DNA of 64,000 nt from Myxococcota bacterium (lineage in GTDB: Bacteria; Myxococcota_A; UBA796; CAJQPC01), in the NCBI GenBank assembly GCA_036012755.1, contig DASCPX010000190.1:64001-128000 (forward strand), written 5' to 3'. Below, one piece after another: positions 40,898-49,966 of this stretch. Every line of letters begins with the position of its first letter. Positions within the stretch are counted from its first letter, which is position 1. Made by a program: the position numbers and the translations under genes. The notes beneath the pieces were generated by a model. It saw only the letters and a list, made by a program, of their open reading frames with translations. It made no database searches and had not been told where the DNA came from.

Positions 40898-41916
40898 GCC
40901 TGCGCCGCGTCCGCGAACAGCCGGGAGGCGGAGTCGAGGCGCTCCGCGAAGGCGCTCGGGTCACGCTGTGGCCAGGCAAGGCGCCGGGGCGGCCTCCAGA
41001 ACACCCCGGTCTCGCCTGGCCGATCGAGGAGGGCTGGCTCCACGAACAAGGGGTATGGCTCGAACACCGCCCCCAGGGCGCACGGCTCGGGGAGCTCAGA
41101 GACCAGCTGGCCCCAGCAGAGGTGGAGCTGGTGCTCCAGCACCTGGCGGGCGCGCTGGCGGCGCTGCACGAGGCCGGACAGCACCATGGCTCGGTGGACG
41201 TGGAGCACGTCGTGGTGTCCCATCGTGGACGCGCCGTGCTCATCGGCCTCGGCCAGCGAAAGGGCTCCAGAGTGGCCGACAAGCGCGCCCTGGGCCTGCT
41301 CCGGGTCGAGCTGAGCTCCCCCTCGGCCGCGCCGCCGCCCGTGCCTGGCGAGGCGACGGCTGCCTCCCTCGGAGCTCGCAGTCGCGCCGGCACCGCGGAG
41401 CTCCCTGCGAACACCGAGACGATCCCCTTCCGGACCGCGGGCGCCTTCGACGAGGTCCGCCTGGACCTTGGCCCCGACCGCTATGGCCGCGGCCTGCTGG
41501 ACCGCTGGGCGACCGGACACAGCCTCAGCGGAGCCCACACCGGCGCCATCGAGTGGACCCGCCCGGGTGATGAGCACGAGGAGCAGACGGAGAGCTCCGC
41601 AGCCCTGCTGACGCGGCTCGTTTCACCCCCCGAGCGCCCCCCGGATCCGCGACGCTTCGCTGCGGTCGAGGGTCAGCCCAGCGAGGAGATCAAGGCCCTG
41701 GTCGCCAACGAGCCCCTGGAGCCCCTGCCGCTGCCGAGCGCGACCCGGAGACGCCCGCTCCCCGCCCCCCTTCCAGAAGACAACACGGACGAACCGACCC
41801 GTCCGACCGCCATCGCCGAAGAGGTCAGCGAGACCGCACTTCGGGTCGTCGCCGTCTTGCTCATCGCCGCCCTCGTCGCCGTGGCGATCGTGCTCGCTTG
41901 GATTCTGGGGACCTAG
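40894..41916 (+). CDS. Degenerate protein-kinase-like membrane protein
   Basis: LAALHEAGQHHGSVDVEHVVV...LIGLG is a decayed HRD/DFG region; Pro-rich linker; C-terminal TM helix. Confidence 0.55.
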   Translation: MSLRRVREQPGGGVEALREGARVTLWPGKAPGRPPEHPGLAWPIEEGWLHEQGVWLEHRPQGARLGELRDQLAPAEVELVLQHLAGALAALHEAGQHHGSVDVEHVVVSHRGRAVLIGLGQRKGSRVADKRALGLLRVELSSPSAAPPPVPGEATAASLGARSRAGTAELPANTETIPFRTAGAFDEVRLDLGPDRYGRGLLDRWATGHSLSGAHTGAIEWTRPGDEHEEQTESSAALLTRLVSPPERPPDPRRFAAVEGQPSEEIKALVANEPLEPLPLPSATRRRPLPAPLPEDNTDEPTRPTAIAEEVSETALRVVAVLLIAALVAVAIVLAWILGT

Positions 41917-43018
41917 GCGGGTAGACCTCGCGGACCTCGGCCCGGAAGGCCTCGAAGCTGCCCTCGACGATGGAGCCGCGCATGCGCCCCATGAAGTCGC
42001 AGAACCAGTGGATGTTGTGGAGCGTGGCCAGGGTCGCGCCGAGGACCTCGCCGACCTTGAAGAGGTGGTGGAGGTAGGCGCGCGTGAAGTTCTGGCAGGT
42101 GTAGCAACCGCAGCTCGAGTCCGGCGGGTACATGTCGCGCTTGTAGCGGCTGTCGGTGACCCGCATCCGCCCGCGCGAGGTGTAGAACATGCCGCTGCGG
42201 GCGTGCCGCGTCTGGATGACGCAGTCGAACATGTCGATACCTCGGGCGACGCCCTCGACGAGGTCGAGCGGCCTGCCCACCCCCATGAGGTAGCGAGGAT
42301 GCGCCTCGCTCATGTGGCAGGTCGTGTACTCGAGGACCTCGCACATCTTGTCGTGGCCCTCGCCCACGGACAGGCCGCCGATGGCGTAGCCGTCGAAGTC
42401 GATCTCGCGGATCTGCTCACAGGACTGCTTGCGGAGGTCGGGCCAGAACCCGCCCTGCACGATGCCGAAGAGCGACTGGTCCTGCCGGCTGTGAGCCTCC
42501 TTGCTCCGGCACTCCCAGCGCGTGGTCCGCTCCACGCTCCGCTCGGCGTATGTGCGATCCGTGCCGAAGGCGAGGCATTCGTCGAAGACCATCGCGATGT
42601 CGGCGCCCAGCTTCTGCTGGATGTCCATCGCGATCTCCGGGGACAGGAAGGTGCGCTTGCCGTCGACCGCGTAGCCGAAGGTCACGCCATCCTCTGTGAC
42701 CGTCTTCTTGTCGAGGGAGAAGACCTGGAAGCCTCCCGAGTCCGTCAAGATCGGTAGTTCGACGCCCATCATCCCGTGAAGCCCGCCGTGCTTCGCGACG
42801 AGGTCCTCGCCCGGCCGCTGGTGCAGGTGGTAGGTGTTCGCGAGGATGATCTGCGCCGGAGTGCTGGCGAGGTGCTGCGGAGAGAGCGTGCGAATCGCCC
42901 CCTGGGTGCCCACCGGCATGAAGACCGGGGTCTCGATCTCCCCGCGCGCCAGGCTCAAACGACCCGCTCGCGCCTGCCCGAGACAGGCCTCGACTTCGAA
43001 CTTCACGGGGCAGGTCAT
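41861..43018 (-). CDS. tgt: tRNA-guanine transglycosylase
   Basis: TPVFMPVGT, NTYHL, LTDSGGFQ, GIVQGG, RYLMGVG, DMFDCV and Zn site CGCYTC...HN. Confidence 0.97.
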   Translation of the reverse strand: MTCPVKFEVEACLGQARAGRLSLARGEIETPVFMPVGTQGAIRTLSPQHLASTPAQIILANTYHLHQRPGEDLVAKHGGLHGMMGVELPILTDSGGFQVFSLDKKTVTEDGVTFGYAVDGKRTFLSPEIAMDIQQKLGADIAMVFDECLAFGTDRTYAERSVERTTRWECRSKEAHSRQDQSLFGIVQGGFWPDLRKQSCEQIREIDFDGYAIGGLSVGEGHDKMCEVLEYTTCHMSEAHPRYLMGVGRPLDLVEGVARGIDMFDCVIQTRHARSGMFYTSRGRMRVTDSRYKRDMYPPDSSCGCYTCQNFTRAYLHHLFKVGEVLGATLATLHNIHWFCDFMGRMRGSIVEGSFEAFRAEVREVYPPRSPESKRARSPRRRGRR

Positions 43019-43086
43019 GGGCCCGACTAACCCGCCGGGGTAGTATTCCCGAGCCTAGGCACAGGCCCCGAGGACGACCGGAACAA

Positions 43087-44595
43087 ATGGGATCGCCGAC
43101 TCCCTCGCGACCGCCCCCTTTCCCACCAGGAATGGAGCTCGCGAAGCACTTCCGTGTAGAGGCGCTCGTGCGCCTCTCAGAAGGGCGGATGTTCTACCTG
43201 GTCAGCGACGACCGGAGCGATCAGCCGACGCGCAAGTGCTGGGAGTGCGGGATTGCCGAGACCCCACGCAGCTCCGCCGTCTGCACCGGCTGCGGCCACG
43301 CCTTCGACAGCCGCACGCAGTTCCTGATGTCGGTGCGCTGGGATCCGGCCGGCTTCGAGGCCTACGCGAGGTTCTTCGAGAAGCGCTTCAAGCACCCCGG
43401 CATCCTCCACCCCGACGACGTCTTCGTGCACCAGAACGTGCTCTGCAGCGTCGTGCGATACCGGGGCGAGGCGCTCCTGCTCGACGAAGCCAGCCCGCTG
43501 AACCCGGAGAAGGTGCTCAACATGGGCCAGCGCTTTGCTGGCCTGCTCGCCTACCTCCACCACAACGGCGTCAGCCTGGCCCGACTCACCCACGCCAACA
43601 TGCTGATCCGGCGGGAGGAGGGGCGGCTCTTGCTCTTCGATCCCGACGTGGCCGCTGTCTACGAGGGGCCGGTACCGGACACGATGCGTGGAGCCGAGCT
43701 CCGCGACCTGGGAGAGATGCTCCGCCGGTTCACACCGGTGAACGTGAACCGCCTGCGGGACTTCTTCGCGATGGCCGAGGAGGGAGCCTTCGCCAACCCG
43801 CTCGAGCTCGGCCGCGGCATCGAGGAGCTCTTCGACGAGGTCGGCGAGTTCCAAACGATGCCCGGGATCGCGGCGATGACGGATGTCGGCCTCGCCCGCA
43901 TCCTCAACGAGGACAACTGGGGCTGGGTGCAGCTCCGCGAAGGGGTCTACCTCTACGTTGTCGCCGATGGCATGGGCGGCCACGACTCCGGCGAGGTCGC
44001 CAGCGACGTCGCCACGCGTACGATCTGCCGCGTCGCACGGGAGCGCTTCGCGAAGATGGAGAGCCTGTCGCCGGAGAAGATGGAGAACATCCTCGACGAG
44101 GCCTTCCAGGAAGCCAACAACACCGTCAAGTCCACAGCCGAGGCTCGCGGAAACGACATGGGCACGACGCTGGTCGCCCTGCTGGTCGCCGGCAAGACGG
44201 CGCTCATGGCCAACGTCGGCGACAGCCGCGGCTACCTCTACCGCAGCGGCGAGCTCCACCAGATCAGCAAGGACCACAGCCTGGTGGCGAAGATGGTCGA
44301 GGCAGGCAAGATCACCGCCGAAGAGGCACGCACGCACCCGCACAGCAACATCCTGCTGCGCACGGTCGGCACGGAGCGCAACGTCGAGATCGACGTCTTC
44401 AAGATGGACCTCGACCAGGGCGACCGCATCCTCATGAACTCCGATGGCCTCTGGGGCGAGGTCGAGGACAGCGCCATCGAGGAGCTCCTCACCCAGTACG
44501 ACGACCCTCGGATCTGCGCACGGGAGCTGGTCCGTGCCGCCCACCACGGCGGCGGAAAGGACAACGTGACCCTGATGATCGTGGGCATCGACTGA
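43087..44595 (+). CDS. PP2C/PPM Ser/Thr phosphatase with an N-terminal zinc ribbon and kinase-like domain
   Basis: CWECG..CTGCG; LAYLHHNG; TDVG.R..NED, VADGMGGH, GTTL, NVGDSR, SDGL and DNVT. Confidence 0.9.
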   Translation: MGSPTPSRPPPFPPGMELAKHFRVEALVRLSEGRMFYLVSDDRSDQPTRKCWECGIAETPRSSAVCTGCGHAFDSRTQFLMSVRWDPAGFEAYARFFEKRFKHPGILHPDDVFVHQNVLCSVVRYRGEALLLDEASPLNPEKVLNMGQRFAGLLAYLHHNGVSLARLTHANMLIRREEGRLLLFDPDVAAVYEGPVPDTMRGAELRDLGEMLRRFTPVNVNRLRDFFAMAEEGAFANPLELGRGIEELFDEVGEFQTMPGIAAMTDVGLARILNEDNWGWVQLREGVYLYVVADGMGGHDSGEVASDVATRTICRVARERFAKMESLSPEKMENILDEAFQEANNTVKSTAEARGNDMGTTLVALLVAGKTALMANVGDSRGYLYRSGELHQISKDHSLVAKMVEAGKITAEEARTHPHSNILLRTVGTERNVEIDVFKMDLDQGDRILMNSDGLWGEVEDSAIEELLTQYDDPRICARELVRAAHHGGGKDNVTLMIVGID

Positions 44596-44614
44596 GCCCT
44601 GTCGGGGGGCCTGA

Positions 44615-45370
44615 TCAGTAGGCGCTGCCGGGGGCGTCCCGGTACACCCACAGGGCCGCGACCCCGCCGACGACCAGCGCGCTGGCTGCCCACGGGCCCC
44701 AGCGGAGGCGCTCGTAGGGTGGCGGCGGAGGCTCCGACAGCTCGACCTCTACGAGGGTCTCGCTGCCCGGGTAGATCATCACCGCGGCGAAGAAGGGCAG
44801 CCTGCCCTCGCGCTCGATGCGCAGGACGTGCTTCCCGGCGGCGATCGGATCGGCGGTCCAGGGCCCGCTCACCAGCCCGTAGTCGGTCCCGTCCAGCTCC
44901 AGCACGTAGGGACTGGGAGAGACCTCCAAGACCAGGCTGCCGTGGCCGAAGAAGAGGTCCTCTGCGAGGTCCAGGGGTGCCCCCCCGGTCCGAGGCAGGT
45001 GCGTGGTGACGGTCCGAAGAGCGGGCGCTCCGACATCCACGATGAGCAGGTGGACCCGCGGCCCGACCCAGTCCGGTTCCAGCCGGGCCACGACGACCTG
45101 GTCGACCCCGAGCCGCCTCCCGGTCTCGATCCAGCAGCTGGATCGCTGACCGCACTGCTCGACGAGATCAGCTGGAGGGTGGCCCAGGCGCCCCTCGGTC
45201 AGCTCGGGAGAGAGCACCTGGTAGCGCCCCGAGTCCTGAAGAAGCGCTCGCAGATCCGTCTCCGTGCGAGCGACGGATGAGAGCGCGACCTCCTCGTCCG
45301 CGGAGACCACGACCGCCGCTCGGACCAACAGCGGCGCAGCCCAGGCGGCGGTATTGAGTAGGGCGAACAT
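44615..45370 (-). CDS. Secreted PEGA-like domain protein with a C-terminal TM helix
   Basis: GSLVLEVSP...LDG...G...AGKHVLRIEREG. Confidence 0.7.
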   Translation of the reverse strand: MFALLNTAAWAAPLLVRAAVVVSADEEVALSSVARTETDLRALLQDSGRYQVLSPELTEGRLGHPPADLVEQCGQRSSCWIETGRRLGVDQVVVARLEPDWVGPRVHLLIVDVGAPALRTVTTHLPRTGGAPLDLAEDLFFGHGSLVLEVSPSPYVLELDGTDYGLVSGPWTADPIAAGKHVLRIEREGRLPFFAAVMIYPGSETLVEVELSEPPPPPYERLRWGPWAASALVVGGVAALWVYRDAPGSAY

Positions 45371-45388
45371 GGGGTTAGGGTCTATCCG

Positions 45389-46585
45389 ATGCACGTCCCG
45401 CCGCTCGCCATGGAGATCGCCCGGAAGGTCGCCGAGGCCGGAGGTCGAGCCTACCTCGTCGGCGGCTGCGTCCGGGACCACCTCCTGGGCCTGCCACCAA
45501 AGGACATCGACATCGAGGTCCACGGCCTCGACGACCTGTACGCCCTGTTGCAGCCGCTCGGCACCGTCAACGAGGTGGGCCGGAGCTTCGGGGTCTTCAA
45601 GCTGACGCGTGGTGACCTGGAGCTGGACGTCGCCATTCCGCGCCGGGACTCGAAGGTCGGCCCGGGCCACCGCGGCATCGAGGTGCGAGGGGATCCGCAC
45701 ATGGGCCTCGAGGCTGCGGTCCGACGGCGCGATCTGAGCATCAACTCGCTGCTCTACGATCCACTCACTGACGAGATCATCGACCTCGCAGGCGGGTTGT
45801 CTGACCTCGACGCCAAGGTCCTTCGAGAGGTGGACGCGGCGAGCTTCGCAGAGGACCCGCTGCGCGCCCTGCGGGTTGTGCAGTTCGCCGCGCGCTTCGG
45901 CTTCGATGTCGCCCCCTCACTGCAGCGGATCTGCCGGGACGCCCAGCTCGACGAGCTGCCACCCGAGCGCATCCGTGGCGAGCTCGACAAGCTGCTGTCG
46001 GTCTCCCCCAGGCCCAGCGTCGGTCTCCGCTGGTTCGGAGAGCTCGGCCTGGCGGCGAAGGTGCTCCCAGCGCTCGCCCCCGACGAGGCCCTGGGCGAGG
46101 TGCTGGACCGCGCGGCGTCGATGGAGCGCTCGCCGCAGTTGATGTACGGCGCGCTGCTGCATCGGCTGGGCCCCGCGGCGTGGGAAGACAGCCTCCAGCG
46201 CCTTCGGCTCTTCGAGCGCTCCGCTCCGCGTGGCCGGCTGGCAGCTGGCCTCGCGTTCACGCGCTCCGAGCGCACCGCCAGTGCGTGGCGCCGCCTCGCC
46301 GACACCACGCCCGCCGCTCTGGCGGCTCAGCTGCGGGCGGCGATCCTGGCAGAGGACCTCGACGAGCTACGGGCCGAAGCGGAAGCCGCGGGCGTGCTCG
46401 AGGGTCCCCTCCCCGTGCTCCTCCGTGGACACGACCTGCGTGCCCTGGGCGTGGTCCCGGGACCCCGCATGGGTGCGCTCCAACGGCGCCTCCGAGGGGC
46501 CCAGCACGAAGGTGTCGTCGATGACGTCGAGGAGGCGAAGGAGCTGGTCCGCGGCTGGATCGCAGCTGGCGACGAGCCCTGCTAA
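45389..46585 (+). CDS. tRNA nucleotidyltransferase (CCA/CC/A-adding) / poly(A) polymerase family
   Basis: VGGCVRD..LG..PKDIDIEV, RRDLSINSL, EDPLRALR and ERIRGEL. Confidence 0.9.
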   Translation: MHVPPLAMEIARKVAEAGGRAYLVGGCVRDHLLGLPPKDIDIEVHGLDDLYALLQPLGTVNEVGRSFGVFKLTRGDLELDVAIPRRDSKVGPGHRGIEVRGDPHMGLEAAVRRRDLSINSLLYDPLTDEIIDLAGGLSDLDAKVLREVDAASFAEDPLRALRVVQFAARFGFDVAPSLQRICRDAQLDELPPERIRGELDKLLSVSPRPSVGLRWFGELGLAAKVLPALAPDEALGEVLDRAASMERSPQLMYGALLHRLGPAAWEDSLQRLRLFERSAPRGRLAAGLAFTRSERTASAWRRLADTTPAALAAQLRAAILAEDLDELRAEAEAAGVLEGPLPVLLRGHDLRALGVVPGPRMGALQRRLRGAQHEGVVDDVEEAKELVRGWIAAGDEPC

Positions 46586-46595
46586 GGTGCCGCGC

Positions 46596-48041
46596 ATGCT
46601 TCGCTGGATCGCACTGACGGGACTCGCTCTGACCCCGGTCGCCTTCGCCGAAGAAGCCCCGGTCGGCCTCGAGGTCCACACGGACGTCCGCGACTCGTAC
46701 GTGGCCGGTGAGCCGGTGCTCGTGCGCTTCACCATCAGCAACCCCACCGGCGACAAGGCGAGCTTCGCCGACCTCGCCAACCGGCCGCACCTGGTCCGCT
46801 TCGACCTCGTCGGACCGGGCGGCAAGAAGCAGACCTGGTTCAACACGCCCCCTCCCGAGGACACAGGCCAGCGCTGGGAGATCGTGTCCCGCGGCCAGCG
46901 CAAGGTGCTGCTCCAGATCCCCTCCAGCCAACGCCTGAAGCCGGGTCGCTACACCCTGACGATCCGGATCCTGGACGAGTCCGGCGAGGTCGTGCTCGAT
47001 CCCCACAGCATCGAGCTCGCGCCCGCTGACCCGCTCTCCGGGACCCTCGTCCACGACGAGCTCGGGCTGGAGCGCGTGGGACACCAGCAGGCCTGGGTCC
47101 AGCGGAACCGCGTGGGCTACGACCTCTACCTGCACCACGCCGACGGAGCCAACGCCGGGCGCACGATCGCCGACTACCACCTGCTCCAGCTCGACGGGCC
47201 CGTGGAGCCGACCTTGTCGCTGGCCCGACCGACCGAGCGGTGGGACCGCCACATCTACTGGCAGGACGGAGACAAGGCCCTCACCTGGGTCCACCTGGAG
47301 GGCAACGAGGCCAGCGCACCGCCGCGCACGGTGACGCTCCCCTACCCCCGCATCGAGGCTCTTGGACGAGGCGCCACGGACGCCGCGGGAGGGCTCCACA
47401 TGCCGGTCTGGATACCCGGGCCAGGCGGCGGCGCTGGCGAGCTGCGCGTCGTGTCGGTCACGAGCGAGCCTCGCTTCCGGCTGGTCACCCGCCTCGAGGC
47501 CCCGCCCCCCTGGCTCGCCACGGAGATCGACAGCGCGGGCAACCTGCGCATGCTGCTCGAGGTCGACGGAAACCTGGACCTCTACACCCTGGCCGGCGCC
47601 TCTGACCTGCCCGCGATCGGCAAGCGCCTCGTGAAGAACGCGCCCGATGACGAGGGCCAGAGAGCTGGCACCCCTGTGATGGCCGAGTTCGGCTACCTCG
47701 ACGACACGGAAGAGGGCGGCGGGCTGGCGGCCTTCGTGCTGTTCTCGACCGAGGCAGGCCTGGTGGGCCGCTGGGTGGGCCTGGGCGGCGAGCCTCGCGG
47801 GACCATGGTCCCCCTGGTCGTCCCCACCGGGGCGGAGCTGGTCGACCTGCTGCCCATCTCGCGCGACGACTACGTGCTGCTGGTGCGCAGCGCGGAGGGC
47901 GTGCTCACCGCGCTCTCACCTGGCGAGACTCCGATCGCCGTCGCCACGGCCACTGATGGCGGCCTGCTCACCAACGGCGACCAGGTCCTCGTGCGCACGC
48001 TGGAGCCCGGAGGGCCCTACGTGCTCCACGCCGTAAGGTAG
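46596..48041 (+). CDS. Secreted hypothetical protein (Ig-like N-domain plus beta-rich region)
   Basis: Signal MLRWIALTGLALTPVAFA; Y..GEPV.V.FTISN...PGRYTL. Confidence 0.7.
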   Translation: MLRWIALTGLALTPVAFAEEAPVGLEVHTDVRDSYVAGEPVLVRFTISNPTGDKASFADLANRPHLVRFDLVGPGGKKQTWFNTPPPEDTGQRWEIVSRGQRKVLLQIPSSQRLKPGRYTLTIRILDESGEVVLDPHSIELAPADPLSGTLVHDELGLERVGHQQAWVQRNRVGYDLYLHHADGANAGRTIADYHLLQLDGPVEPTLSLARPTERWDRHIYWQDGDKALTWVHLEGNEASAPPRTVTLPYPRIEALGRGATDAAGGLHMPVWIPGPGGGAGELRVVSVTSEPRFRLVTRLEAPPPWLATEIDSAGNLRMLLEVDGNLDLYTLAGASDLPAIGKRLVKNAPDDEGQRAGTPVMAEFGYLDDTEEGGGLAAFVLFSTEAGLVGRWVGLGGEPRGTMVPLVVPTGAELVDLLPISRDDYVLLVRSAEGVLTALSPGETPIAVATATDGGLLTNGDQVLVRTLEPGGPYVLHAVR

Positions 48042-48042
48042 C

Positions 48043-49071
48043 TCAGCCCTCTTCTTCCTCGAGATCGTCGTCGGCGAAGGCGTCCGGGTCGAACTCGCCG
48101 CACTGCGACGGGAAGCTCATGTCGGCGATATCGAAGTTGCCGTTCTTGGCCGTGCCTGCTTCGTAGTCGATGGTCCAGCCGTAGTTGTTCCCTTCGAGAC
48201 GGGCGCAGCCGGTGTTGTCCGGGTTCAGGTCTGACGTGCACTCGCACCACACGGAGTGGTGGTCCATCGCGAAGACTGTCTCGAAGACCTCGAAGCCAGG
48301 TGCGTCGGTCTCCATCGGCAGCAGGTGCTCGACCTTGTTGTCGCCGAACTTGCTCGACAGCAACTCGTCGAAGATGTCGCTGCAAGCGCCACCCTCGCCG
48401 ACGTCGTAGACGTTGATGGCGTAGTCGAGCTTGAAGTCGTCCAGCGGAACGCTGAAGGTGTTCAGGAGGATCATGTAGCTGCGGTCGGGGTGCAGCGCCG
48501 TCTCGATCGTGCAGTACTCCGGTGCGCCACGACCAGCGGCGGCGCCAGGTCTGCCGTTGATGTCGAGCATCGTGCACTCGTTGTACTCGATGGCCGTCTC
48601 GGTCCCGAGGGAGTCCTCGTAGATCTGCTCGAAGTCGCCGATCTCGAAGCCCGGTGTGCCCGTGTAGTAGCCGGCGAGGCCCACCTGGATGTCAAGGTCT
48701 CCGTCGTCCGTCGCGTTGTCCGGCCAGGTGAAGGCGTTGTTCGCGCCGTTCGTCGCGACCGACTGGTTCCAGAAGACCGACTCCGGGTCGACAATGATGC
48801 ACAGGTCCGAGCCGGTGGCGGTGACCGTCGCGGTGACCCCGCCGCGAGTGCCCGTGGGCGCCGGACCGACGGTCTCGTAGCGGGCGTACTGCTCGATGTG
48901 GTTGTCGCGGTCGTCCACAGGCACCACCTCGAGCTCGCCGAGGTGCACGATGCCAGGGAAGCCGTCGATGCTGTCCGGCACGTACTGGAGACCGGAGCGA
49001 TCGCAGGCGCTGAGCGCGCCGAGGGCGACGACCAGGATGGGAATACGGCCCGTGGAAATGAGTGAGCGCAT
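48043..49071 (-). CDS. Acidic Cys-containing lipoprotein
   Basis: Lipobox LSAC; coupled to the upstream gene. Confidence 0.75.
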   Translation of the reverse strand: MRSLISTGRIPILVVALGALSACDRSGLQYVPDSIDGFPGIVHLGELEVVPVDDRDNHIEQYARYETVGPAPTGTRGGVTATVTATGSDLCIIVDPESVFWNQSVATNGANNAFTWPDNATDDGDLDIQVGLAGYYTGTPGFEIGDFEQIYEDSLGTETAIEYNECTMLDINGRPGAAAGRGAPEYCTIETALHPDRSYMILLNTFSVPLDDFKLDYAINVYDVGEGGACSDIFDELLSSKFGDNKVEHLLPMETDAPGFEVFETVFAMDHHSVWCECTSDLNPDNTGCARLEGNNYGWTIDYEAGTAKNGNFDIADMSFPSQCGEFDPDAFADDDLEEEEG

Positions 49072-49958
49072 CAGTCCTCCAGCTCGGAACCGACAAGGTA
49101 GTTGATCTCGAGATCGACCTCGTGACCGGACTCGCGGAAGGCGTCGGCGTCCTCGAAGTCGATGGTGGGAGCGTCGTCGACATCGACCACGTAGTCGCCG
49201 CCGCCGATGAACTCGCCCGGGGTGTTCAGGAGCGTCCAGCGACCGGTGCCGTAGCGGTAGTCGTTGGTGTACTCGGCGTTGGACTGACCAATGGTCTCGT
49301 CGCAGGTAGAGAACTGGAAGTTGCCGTCGTTGGCGCTCGGCACGTCGACCCAGCCCCAGATGGACATGCCTGGCTTGTAGTTGGCATGCCAGAGGTTGAA
49401 GTCCGCCTCGAAGTCGCCGTTGGAGTTCTCCACGAAGTCCAGGCCGTCCTCTCCGGAGATCCAGGCCATCTCGTAGTCGGCCGTGATCTCGAAGAGCTCG
49501 TAGCAGCTCTGGCGCATGTAGTCGCCGCTCTGCACGGTGTTCCCGTTGTCGTCCACGACCGGGTCGTGCACGTAGTTCTCGAACCAGTCCAGCAGGTCGT
49601 CGTAGTCGACGAAGCGACCGGTGACGACGCGGCAGACCACCGCCTGGTAGCAGGCGTAGTCGAAGCGACCGGCGGTGCCGCCACCGTAGGGGTAGGTGTC
49701 AGGAGGCAGGTCCGAGTCGATGACGGGGCCGACCTCTGGGTGGGGGAAGCCGTACTCGGCCGGGATCGTGACCAAGGGGTAGGCGCCGATGATCACCGGA
49801 CCGATGTTCCGGCGGTCGACGACCTCTGTGGTCTCGCCCGTCGCCGGGTCGGTCACGTTCCGAGCCGCTGCCGCCCTGGGGATGGTGACTGTGCCGCTGA
49901 TGTCCGCCGAGTTCAGGTGCTCGTCGAAGCTGCAGCCGATGCTGAGGAGAAGGAGCAT
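49071..49958 (-). CDS. Acidic Cys-containing lipoprotein
   Basis: MLLLLSIGC; GAGG RBS directly after the receptor gene. Confidence 0.75.
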   Translation of the reverse strand: MLLLLSIGCSFDEHLNSADISGTVTIPRAAAARNVTDPATGETTEVVDRRNIGPVIIGAYPLVTIPAEYGFPHPEVGPVIDSDLPPDTYPYGGGTAGRFDYACYQAVVCRVVTGRFVDYDDLLDWFENYVHDPVVDDNGNTVQSGDYMRQSCYELFEITADYEMAWISGEDGLDFVENSNGDFEADFNLWHANYKPGMSIWGWVDVPSANDGNFQFSTCDETIGQSNAEYTNDYRYGTGRWTLLNTPGEFIGGGDYVVDVDDAPTIDFEDADAFRESGHEVDLEINYLVGSELED

Positions 49959-49966
49959 GGTCGCCT

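Noticed and set aside
41861..41916. 56-bp convergent overlap giving Tgt a basic tail
   Set aside because: Probably trivial stop-codon drift or a single-base error; no functional evidence.
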